DNA from: Puniceicoccales bacterium
GTDB taxonomy: Bacteria > Verrucomicrobiota > Verrucomicrobiia > Opitutales > UBA953
Direction: 5' to 3'
Length of the DNA stretch: 59,173 nucleotides
Assembly: GCA_031273045.1 (NCBI GenBank)
Contig: JAISSQ010000115.1
Span: 1 to 59,173 of the forward strand
Shown: one piece after another, positions 35,021 through 42,705 of the stretch
Layout of the letters: the number at the start of each line of letters is the position of its first letter
How positions within the stretch are numbered: position 1 is the stretch's first letter
Notes under the pieces: model-generated
The model's database searches: none
Told to the model about the DNA's origin: nothing
The model's input: only the letters and a program-made list of their open reading frames with translations
Translations under genes and position numbers: made by a program

Positions 35021-35944
35021 ATGCCTGCTCGATACATCCGTGAAGGAATACTCACAAGCGAGCGCGTGAACGCGCTCACGGCCGAGGAGGAGGTCTTCTT
35101 CCGCCGGCTGCTCAACGTCGTGGACGACTATGGTCGCTTCCATGCGGACGCCCGGCTGTTGCGCTCGGCCTGCTACCCGCTGCGCGAGGAGACCACATCC
35201 GCCCAATGCCGTGCGTGGCTCGACGCGCTCATCCGCACCGACCTCGTGCGCGCCTACGTTGCCGACGAGAAGTCATACCTCGAAGTGCGGCGATTCGGAT
35301 GCCAGATGCGTTCGCGCAGCAAGTTCCCCGCCCCGCCGCCCGACGCACCGGACGTCCCCGAGAACCCGCCGCCTCCGCAATCGCGCACGAGTATCGCACA
35401 CTGCGAAACTCCGCCGCCGCCGCCAGCGCCGGAACAAACTCCCGCGCAACCTCCTGCGCCGCAATGGTTACTGCCCGCGAACACCTGCGAGCGACCCGTA
35501 ACCACCTGCGAGCAACCGCTTACTTATAACGATAACGATATACGTATACCCCCCTTACCCCCCAAGGGGGGCACCCGCGCCGCTGCGCTCTCTGACGCAT
35601 TCGCCACGTTCTGGGCGGCCTATCCGCCGACCGGACGCCGCCGGTCCTCGCAGAGCAAGTGCCTCACCCTTTGGCGACGCCTACGCCTCGACGCCCCCGG
35701 CGCCGCCGACGCCGTCCTCGCCGACCTGCGCGCCCGCACTGCCGGTGCCGACTGGACGAAATCCGGCGGCCAATACGTCCCAGCCGCCCATCGCTACCTC
35801 CGCGACAAAATGTTCGCCGACGCCATCCTCTCCTCGCCGCACTCCGCCACCGCGCAAAAAAATTGCGCACCGCGCAACTCCGCCCTCGACGCCGGCACCA
35901 ACCTCGCCGACATCCTCGAAGCCGAAGGCCTCACCGGCGACTGA
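35021..35944 (+). CDS. Putative replication initiation / replisome-organizer protein
   Basis: N-terminal YIREGILTSERVNALTAEEEVFFRRLLNVVDDYGRFHADARLLRSACYPL and C-terminal FATFWAAYPPTGRRRSSQSKCLTLWRRL resemble phage replication organizers. It lies directly upstream of the helicase. Confidence 0.5.
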   Translation: MPARYIREGILTSERVNALTAEEEVFFRRLLNVVDDYGRFHADARLLRSACYPLREETTSAQCRAWLDALIRTDLVRAYVADEKSYLEVRRFGCQMRSRSKFPAPPPDAPDVPENPPPPQSRTSIAHCETPPPPPAPEQTPAQPPAPQWLLPANTCERPVTTCEQPLTYNDNDIRIPPLPPKGGTRAAALSDAFATFWAAYPPTGRRRSSQSKCLTLWRRLRLDAPGAADAVLADLRARTAGADWTKSGGQYVPAAHRYLRDKMFADAILSSPHSATAQKNCAPRNSALDAGTNLADILEAEGLTGD

Positions 35945-36003
35945 CCCTCGCCACGCCAGCCCAATCCAGCCAACCTCACCTCCGCCAACCTCACCACCTC
36001 GCC

Positions 36004-37860
36004 ATGTCGCAACGCTCACGCCAACCCTCCACCTCCGCAACCGCGCAAGATTATCGCTCGCTACGCAACTCCGCCGCCGCCGCCCACCGCGACCCGGACG
36101 ACCGCCTCGAAGACATCCCCGCGACCATCGCCTCGCCTGAATCCGAGACCATCCTCCTCGGCACCGCCATGCGAGGCACCCGCCTCACCGCCGGAGTCGC
36201 CGAGAAAATGCGCGGTGCCGGAATGACCACCGAGTGGTTCAGCACGCACCAGCACCGCCTCATCTGGGACGCCATCTGCGCAGACCTCGACTCCGGAGTC
36301 GTGCCCGAGGCGCACACCGTCGCCGAGCGCCTCATCGCCGCCGGCGACGACCTCGCCACCGCCCACATCGAGACCAGCCGCCTCGTCGAGAGCGTCGGCT
36401 TCGTGCCAAACTGGGAACGCTACTTCGCCATCGTGCGCGACAAGCACCGCCTCCGTCGCCTCGCCGAACGCGCCCTCCTCACGCTCCAATGCGCCGCCGC
36501 GCCCGACGCAGACCCGACCGCCGAGACCGCCCGCGCCGAAGAGGCCTTCTTCACACTCGCCCAATCCGGCCGCCTCGCCGGCGACACCGCCGAACGACTC
36601 GCGCCCACCGTAGCCCGCCTAAAGACCGAGGTCGCCCTCTGGGAACGCGGCGAGGCCGACGCCGCCGCCACCGACCGCATGCTCACGTGGGGACTGCCCA
36701 TCCTCGACAAAAAGTTCACGCGCCTCGACCCCGCGAAAGGCGACCTCGTCATCGGACTGCTCGGAATGTCGAGCCACGGCAAGAGCACTTTCGCACGCCA
36801 CATGGTCGGCGCCAACATCCTCGCTGGAAAGACCGCCGTGGTCTTCTCGCTCGAGACCTCGCGCGACATGTTCGTCCAGCGCCTCGCCGGCCTCTACTCC
36901 TGCTTCGACGTGGCCGTCTTCCGGCGCGAAAATCCTGACGGCTCGCCGCCCTCGCTCACCGCTGCCCGCGCCGCCGTCGCCGAAGCCAGCCGCCGCCGCG
37001 CATCCAGCGGAAACGCCGGTGTCGAGCACATCCAAGCGCTCAAAGGCAACCCGGACCAGACCGAGGCCGCCGCCCGCGCCGTCGCCGTCTTCGACCACAA
37101 CCTCATCTGCTACCGCTCCTGGCTCGACTACCTCGGCACCATTGCCGACGAGCGCCTCCACGTGTTTCAGACCGCCAGCACCATTGACTCCATAATCGCC
37201 AAAATGCGCGAGCAACTCCGCCAGCGCACCGTGCACATGTTCGTCGTGGACTACCTCCAAATTGTGCAGTCCGAAAAGCACCGCGTGGGCAAGGCCGGCT
37301 GGGAAATCCTCAAGGACGTCGCCATGCTCTTCAAATCATTCGCGCAAGAAACTTGCGTGCCTGTCCTCCTCGTTTCGTCCATCACCGACCGAGGTGAGCA
37401 CAACGGCAACACCACGCCATCGTTCACGGACGCGCGCGGCTCGCTCGACATCTCCTACGCCCTCGACCGAGCCATCGTCATCTTCAGACCAGACAACGGC
37501 TCGGACGGATCGCCTCAAGAGCGCAACCGCGCGCTCGGTCTGCCAGTGCTCGTTCGTGTCAAACAAAGCAAGTCGCGCGACCTGCCCATCTGGGAAGAGA
37601 CGCTGCTCTTCCACGGCAAGACCGGTGCCTACTTCCCGCTGCCGCGCAAGGACGCCGACGGCGACACGCCTGCGCCCGGCCGCCCAAAGGGCGTGCGCAA
37701 CGGCATGGGAAAGGCGAACGTCGGCGTGATGCCGCCCGGTCTCACCATCCAGAACGACCCGCTCGCCCCATACCTCGAACCCGACCCGCCGCCACCCGCG
37801 CCGCCGGTGCAGACGACACTCCCGCTCGACCCGCCGCCCGCGGACGAAATCCCATTTTGA
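36004..37860 (+). CDS. dnaB: DnaB-family replicative helicase
   Basis: A DnaB N-domain-like region (PESETILLGTAMRG..) is present, then LTWGLPILDKKF..GDLVIGLLGMSSHGKSTFARHM (Walker A), FVVDYLQIV (Walker B) and a RecA-like C-terminus. In-frame ATG at 36004. Confidence 0.8.
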   Translation: MSQRSRQPSTSATAQDYRSLRNSAAAAHRDPDDRLEDIPATIASPESETILLGTAMRGTRLTAGVAEKMRGAGMTTEWFSTHQHRLIWDAICADLDSGVVPEAHTVAERLIAAGDDLATAHIETSRLVESVGFVPNWERYFAIVRDKHRLRRLAERALLTLQCAAAPDADPTAETARAEEAFFTLAQSGRLAGDTAERLAPTVARLKTEVALWERGEADAAATDRMLTWGLPILDKKFTRLDPAKGDLVIGLLGMSSHGKSTFARHMVGANILAGKTAVVFSLETSRDMFVQRLAGLYSCFDVAVFRRENPDGSPPSLTAARAAVAEASRRRASSGNAGVEHIQALKGNPDQTEAAARAVAVFDHNLICYRSWLDYLGTIADERLHVFQTASTIDSIIAKMREQLRQRTVHMFVVDYLQIVQSEKHRVGKAGWEILKDVAMLFKSFAQETCVPVLLVSSITDRGEHNGNTTPSFTDARGSLDISYALDRAIVIFRPDNGSDGSPQERNRALGLPVLVRVKQSKSRDLPIWEETLLFHGKTGAYFPLPRKDADGDTPAPGRPKGVRNGMGKANVGVMPPGLTIQNDPLAPYLEPDPPPPAPPVQTTLPLDPPPADEIPF

Positions 37861-37907
37861 TTTTCTTCTTGCACGACTGCGGAAAATTCCGCAAACACGC
37901 AACCGTC

Positions 37908-38501
37908 ATGACCGCCCGACGCCAGCAACCTCACGCCACCTCGCCCGCCTCCGCGCGTGGCCGCGGTGTCACCGAGTTGCCGGGCGCGGACACGGCACGA
38001 CACGATGTTGATTCCGCCGCCGGCGGCGCGCTCCTCGCGGAGACGCCGCCGGCGGATTTCCTCGCCCTCACCGGCGGGGCACCATTGAAGCAAGAGAAGC
38101 AAGAAAACCAATCAGCATCGCACACCGACGGCACTGCCGTTTTTCCGCGCTCGCAAGAGCGCGGCACCAATGCGGAGGGGCAGCCGGCGACGGCTGTCCC
38201 TCCATCCATCTCCGCCGCCCCGGTCGCCGCCGGCGAAAGTGCTGTGCCGCCCGTGAACGGGCGGAAAGACGAGCAGCCCACCGCGCCCACCGCGCCCACC
38301 GCGCCGCTCGAAGACGACGCCGCCGTCACCCACGTCTGGCCTAACCCGCGCTTCCTCGGCATCCGCTCGCTCACCGACCCGGACCATCGCGGCACCCTCG
38401 TCATCATCCCGCGCCGCCACGCCGGACTCCGCCGCCTCGGCGCCCGCTGCCGAGTCGTCTGGTCGCACACAGACCCGCGCTTCGCCGCCCTCGCCGACTG
38501 A
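37908..38501 (+). CDS. Hypothetical phage protein (carries one 27-nt hairpin repeat)
   Basis: ORF with start MTARRQQ at 37908, low-complexity in the middle, with a conserved-looking C-terminus (VTHVWPNPRFLGIRSLTDPDHRGTLVIIPRRHAG). Confidence 0.5.
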   Translation: MTARRQQPHATSPASARGRGVTELPGADTARHDVDSAAGGALLAETPPADFLALTGGAPLKQEKQENQSASHTDGTAVFPRSQERGTNAEGQPATAVPPSISAAPVAAGESAVPPVNGRKDEQPTAPTAPTAPLEDDAAVTHVWPNPRFLGIRSLTDPDHRGTLVIIPRRHAGLRRLGARCRVVWSHTDPRFAALAD

Positions 38502-38541
38502 CGCTGTCACCGCCCTTCATCCCTCATCTCAAAATCTTCAA

Positions 38542-38916
38542 ATGTCTCCCCTCCTAAACAAACTCGACATCCCGCGCCCGAAGTGGACGCCCAAGAACGA
38601 CGCCGCGCTACGCCGCGCCCTCGCCAACCTCACCGACAACGAGGACTTCCGCACATACCTCTCGTGGTGCGAAGCCCAGCGCGAGGAAGCCGTCGCCGCG
38701 TCCATTGACTACATCGGCTCGCCCGAACTCGGCGCCGAACGCCTCACGCTCACCGGCAAGGAACTCGGCAAAATCGAACTGCTCGACCACATCGCGAACA
38801 TGATTCTCGGTGCGCTCATCAACCGCACACAACGCCTCGACGCCGCCGGAACCGGCCCAGCCGCCGATGGCGTCGCGCTCGACGCGCCAGTCACCGGCGG
38901 CGCCGCCGCCCACTGA
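38542..38916 (+). CDS. Hypothetical phage protein
   Basis: 124-aa ORF with balanced helical composition (..FRTYLSWCEAQREEAVAASIDYIGSPELGAERLTLTGKELGKIELLDHIANMILGAL..). Confidence 0.6.
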   Translation: MSPLLNKLDIPRPKWTPKNDAALRRALANLTDNEDFRTYLSWCEAQREEAVAASIDYIGSPELGAERLTLTGKELGKIELLDHIANMILGALINRTQRLDAAGTGPAADGVALDAPVTGGAAAH

Positions 38917-39053
38917 CGACGCGCACTCAATTCCGTCGTGGCGACATACGACGGTTGTTGGCCTCGCGCCGGCGGACACCTCCGCCGGCGCGTTTTGCTT
39001 CCCTGCGGAAATTTTCGCAGACCTGAAAAACCGCCGCTACACTCCGCGCCGAC

Positions 39054-40127
39054 ATGAGCACCACAGCACATCCCTCTCCCGCCGCGCAGCCGCCGGCACC
39101 GGCCGCCGCAATCCCGCCCGCGCCCGCCGCGCCCGCCAAGGACATCACCTCCGTCCCCGCCCTCTCCCGCGCCTTCCTCGAAGCCGCCGCCGACCTCGAC
39201 CCCGCCGCCTCCGGCGAAAGTGCTGTGCCGCCCGTTCACGGGCAGGAAGCCGCGCCCGCAGCCACCACTACCGCCACCACCGAGCCACCCACCACCGGCG
39301 AGAGTGCTGTGCCGCCCGTTCACGGGCGGGATGCTGACCCACTCGCCGACCTCGCTCTCCCCTCCGACTCGACCCCCGCCGCCGGAACCACCTCCACCGA
39401 GCCACCCGCCACCACCGAGCCGCCCACCACCGCCGCAAGTGCTGTGCCGCCCGTTCACGGGCGGGATGCCGCGCCCGCCGCCGCCGCCGCCGCCGACCTC
39501 GCCCCCGAAATCGCCGCCGCGGACTACAAGACCCTCGCCCAGGTGCAGGCCTCCGCCGAGCAATGGCTCGACCGCATCGCCGACGTGCTCGCCGGCGATG
39601 GCGACCCCATCAAGGCCGCCGACGGCACCGACATCCCGGACGAGAAACTCAAGGCGTGGCGCGACCAACTCCGCGACACCCTGCGGCGCCAAATCCCCGC
39701 CCGCCTCGGGCAACTCTCCGCAGCCGCCGCCGCCGAACGCGCCCGCACTGCCGCCGCCGAGCACGCCGCAAAGACATTCCCCGCCTACGCCGACGCCAAA
39801 TCCGCCGAGCGCAAGTGGGCGGATGCCTTCCTCGCCGCGCCCGAAAACGCCGCCCTCGCCGCGCATCCGCGCGGCGCCACCCTCGCGCTGCTCATCCGCC
39901 TCGGTCAGAAGGCCTACGCCGCCCAAGCCGCCGCCCAAGCCAGTTCCAGCGCCGGCGGTCACGCCGCCCAAGCCGCCGCCAATCCCAACCTCCCAACGTC
40001 CACCCCCGCCGCCGGCGCCGCAGCCACCGCCGCCGCCAAGCCCGCCAGCCGCACAGCAGCGAAAATGCGCGCCGCCGGAATCACCGACACAAACGCCCTC
40101 GCGACCTACTTCGCCGAGGTTGCGTAG
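39054..40127 (+). CDS. Capsid scaffolding-like protein (three 27-nt hairpin repeats in the N-terminal linker)
   Basis: Ala/Gln/Glu-rich predicted coiled-coil protein immediately upstream of the major capsid gene. 357 aa. Confidence 0.6.
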   Translation: MSTTAHPSPAAQPPAPAAAIPPAPAAPAKDITSVPALSRAFLEAAADLDPAASGESAVPPVHGQEAAPAATTTATTEPPTTGESAVPPVHGRDADPLADLALPSDSTPAAGTTSTEPPATTEPPTTAASAVPPVHGRDAAPAAAAAADLAPEIAAADYKTLAQVQASAEQWLDRIADVLAGDGDPIKAADGTDIPDEKLKAWRDQLRDTLRRQIPARLGQLSAAAAAERARTAAAEHAAKTFPAYADAKSAERKWADAFLAAPENAALAAHPRGATLALLIRLGQKAYAAQAAAQASSSAGGHAAQAAANPNLPTSTPAAGAAATAAAKPASRTAAKMRAAGITDTNALATYFAEVA

Positions 40128-40193
40128 AAGCGGTATTTTCCGCGCTCTCCAATTTCCCCGACAACACACACCAACACCAACACCAATACACCA

Positions 40194-41189
40194 ATGCCGG
40201 AAGCAACCACCTACAACACGCGAGACCGCGAGGACCTCCTCGACATCGTCACCACGCTCTCTCCCCAAGAAACGCCGCTCTTCGCCTCGACGCGCAAGGG
40301 CAAGCGGCCGGGCAACGTCCTGACTGAATGGCTCACCGACTCGCTCGACCTGCCCAACATCGCGGGCAAGATCGAGGGCGAGGACGTCACCAGCCACAAG
40401 AACCCCTTCGCCAATCGCGCGGTCGTGAAGAATCGCGTCCAGACCTTCACCGAGTCGTGGAAGGTCAGCCGCGAGCAAGAAATCATCAGCGGTCCGACCT
40501 CCGTGAAGGCCAACATCGCCGACGCAAAGGCGAAGGCACTCAACCAACTCAAGGTCAACATGGCCGCCGCCCTCGGAAGCGACCAGCAGGCCGTCACCGC
40601 CGCGTCTGGCGTCGCCACGCTCACGCGCGGCCTCGGCGCGTGGGTGAGCGACACGCAGAGCGGCAGTGGCACATCTGACATCCCCGCGTCAGTCCGCACT
40701 CCGTCGAGTTCCATCGTGTCCACGAACGAACTTTCGGAGACGCAATTCAACGGGATTTTGCAATCCGTCTATGAGGCGAGCGGCGCCAAGAAGAACTACA
40801 CCGCCTATCTCGGCCCGACCCTCAAACGCATCGTCACCGAATGGAAGCGCGGTCTGAACGCAATCAAGGACGACTCGCTCGACGTGCCCGTGGATGGCGA
40901 AGTCAAGACCATCGTGCTCGCGGTCGAGATTTACGAAGGCGACTTCGGCGTGGTCAAACTCGTGCCCGACCTCTTCCTCGGCCGTGCAAACAATACCGGT
41001 CTCACCTCGAACAGTCGTTATCGCGGCTACGTGGTCACACCGGAGTTGCTCGAACTCGGCTTCGCCGAGGCGCCGACCGCCGTTGACCAACCAGATCAAG
41101 GCGGCGGCAAGCGTGGCTACTTCGAGGCGATGATGTCCATCCGCTGCCTTCACCCTGCCGGGTTCGGCAAGATTGTGGCCGCCGCGTAA
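40194..41189 (+). CDS. Major capsid protein (HK97 fold, SU10/DUF5309-like)
   Basis: N-terminal YNTRDREDLLDIVTTLSPQETPLFASTRKGKRPGNVLTEWLTD is the hallmark start of this capsid family. 331 aa, following the scaffold gene. Confidence 0.8.
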   Translation: MPEATTYNTRDREDLLDIVTTLSPQETPLFASTRKGKRPGNVLTEWLTDSLDLPNIAGKIEGEDVTSHKNPFANRAVVKNRVQTFTESWKVSREQEIISGPTSVKANIADAKAKALNQLKVNMAAALGSDQQAVTAASGVATLTRGLGAWVSDTQSGSGTSDIPASVRTPSSSIVSTNELSETQFNGILQSVYEASGAKKNYTAYLGPTLKRIVTEWKRGLNAIKDDSLDVPVDGEVKTIVLAVEIYEGDFGVVKLVPDLFLGRANNTGLTSNSRYRGYVVTPELLELGFAEAPTAVDQPDQGGGKRGYFEAMMSIRCLHPAGFGKIVAAA

Positions 41190-41323
41190 ATTTCCCCGCC
41201 ATAGCAGCACGACAGAGAAAGAACGGGATATTCACGGCGCCATGCCGTGACGGCGCGTCCGGTCGCGGGGATGCCGGCGCGCCGATTTCCCGCTCGCTCA
41301 CCCAACCACAGAATTTCGCACCT

Positions 41324-41605
41324 ATGCAATTTTCTTTCACGGATGCAGAAGTCGCCGCCCTCAACCGCAAAATCCGACTCGGCGTCGAGGTCAAGCGACA
41401 CCTCCACCGCTCTCGGCAGCAGCGCATCGCGCGCGCCTCGGAGCGCCTCGGCGGTCATCGCGTGGACGGACTCGGCCAACTGCGCGCCCGCATAGACCTC
41501 GACACATTCCTGCGCTGGCAAATCGCCGAACCCGGCATCTGGGAAGACCCCGCCAGCGTCAAGGCCTTCCTCCGCGACAACGACGACATGCGGGTCAAAG
41601 GATGA
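41324..41605 (+). CDS. Hypothetical small phage protein
   Basis: 93-aa ORF between the capsid and membrane-protein genes. It stops immediately before the CTGACCA heptamer array. Confidence 0.5.
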   Translation: MQFSFTDAEVAALNRKIRLGVEVKRHLHRSRQQRIARASERLGGHRVDGLGQLRARIDLDTFLRWQIAEPGIWEDPASVKAFLRDNDDMRVKG

Positions 41606-41610
41606 ATTCA

Positions 41611-41644
41611 CTGACCACTGACCACCGACCACTGACCACTGACA
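41611..41644 (+). repeat. CTGACCA heptamer array (5 units)
   Basis: CTGACCA CTGACCA CCGACCA CTGACCA CTGACA. The stretch 41606-41640 is the exact reverse complement of 27246-27280 inside int. Confidence 0.9.
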
Positions 41645-42607
41645 ATGCTCCGCCACGCTGAAAACAACTGGATTACTTTCGCGTTCGCCGGCGCCGCCGG
41701 CGGAACCGTCTCCCAATTTCTCAAGAGCGGATTGGAGTGGGTGGTGCTCATCGGAAGCGCCATCTCTGCGCTCGCCGGCGCTGTTCTCGCCGTCGCCAAA
41801 ATCTACCGCAAGTTTCGCGCGTGGCGCATCGCCGCGCGTCTCGCCACCTCCACCGGTGGCACAATTTCGACAGGAGCAGAAGCCGAGAAGTTTTTACCGA
41901 GGTTTTCTTCTCGTGGCATTCCGGCGGAAAGCAAGTGGTCCGCCCCTGTCGTCCTTTTCATCTGCGCAATACTATCCTCCGGTTGCGCAGGGTGCTCCTA
42001 CCTGCACGACGTCCCACCCACTAAAGGCGGCACCTACACCGTCGAGACGTGGGGGATTGGCAGTGCACAGGAACAAGGGCAAAGGGATAAGGGCAAAGGG
42101 CAAAGGGCAGAAAGCGCACCTCTAAAGCGGGAGACCTTCACCCAAGGTGACAACGCCACCGGTCGCGCACGCTTCACGCGCGCTCCCGATGGCGCGGTAA
42201 CCCTCTCCCTCTCCGCGAACGCGCCCAACGCCGTCACCATTCCGCCCGTCCCCGACTACACCAAATACATCGCCCTCGTCGTCTCGCTGATGCTCGCTGC
42301 GCTCGGCGCCGCGCTCTGCGGATACGGCTACGCCGGCGTCGGCTCGCGTCTCTTCCTTGCCGGCGCCGGCGGTGCCGTCCTCTCCCTCACAGTCACCGAC
42401 TACGGCTGGCTCTATGCAGCAGCCGCTGTCGCCATCGGCCTCTACGTAGCATGGGAGAAGTTGCGCGCCTACGCCGCCGGCGTGAGCGAGAGCAGCGAGC
42501 CGGACACGTGGCTCGACCGCCTCGTCGGCGCCGCGAACGGCGCCTCCGCCTCCACCGCCTCCACCGCCGCCCCCACCGCCTCCGCGCCACTGACCACCGA
42601 AACATAA
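41645..42607 (+). CDS. Multi-TM membrane protein with internal lipobox (possible holin/spanin-like lysis function)
   Basis: TM segments include WITFAFAGAAGG and WVVLIGSAISALAGAVLAVA. An internal VVLFICAILSSGCAGC lipobox-like string and C-terminal TM helices (IALVVSLMLAALGAALCGYGYAG..) are present. It carries the in-frame 51-nt GGGCAAA element. Confidence 0.55.
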   Translation: MLRHAENNWITFAFAGAAGGTVSQFLKSGLEWVVLIGSAISALAGAVLAVAKIYRKFRAWRIAARLATSTGGTISTGAEAEKFLPRFSSRGIPAESKWSAPVVLFICAILSSGCAGCSYLHDVPPTKGGTYTVETWGIGSAQEQGQRDKGKGQRAESAPLKRETFTQGDNATGRARFTRAPDGAVTLSLSANAPNAVTIPPVPDYTKYIALVVSLMLAALGAALCGYGYAGVGSRLFLAGAGGAVLSLTVTDYGWLYAAAAVAIGLYVAWEKLRAYAAGVSESSEPDTWLDRLVGAANGASASTASTAAPTASAPLTTET

Positions 42608-42705
42608 TTTGCCGCCGCTGCCGGGGAATGCTCGCGAGTTGCATGTGGTCATGTCTGCGAGAACCGGCGCGGCGGCTCCTATTTCCAGCACCAACCTCGC
42701 CTCCC

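Noticed and set aside
35659-36003. Upstream extension of the helicase ORF (track start 35659)
   Set aside because: The extension is R/P-rich and overlaps the replication-organizer gene in another frame. The ATG at 36004 begins the protein-like sequence.
39219-39464. Three 27-nt repeats that might look like a small CRISPR array
   Set aside because: The spacings are irregular (84 and 135 bp between repeat starts). The repeats are in-frame within a continuous ORF. No cas genes or leader are present, and further copies are dispersed singly.
41961-41980. GCGCAATACTATCC box inside the membrane-protein CDS as a sixth late promoter
   Set aside because: It lacks the TTCGCG box at -35 spacing and is not followed by an ATG at +6. 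It is probably a partial or degenerate copy and is noted only in the lysis-candidate finding.
42451-42705. Upstream extension of the polyvalent-protein ORF
   Set aside because: RRRREREQR-type junk overlaps the end of 41645..42607. The first protein-like start is MSAPSLTQ at 42706.
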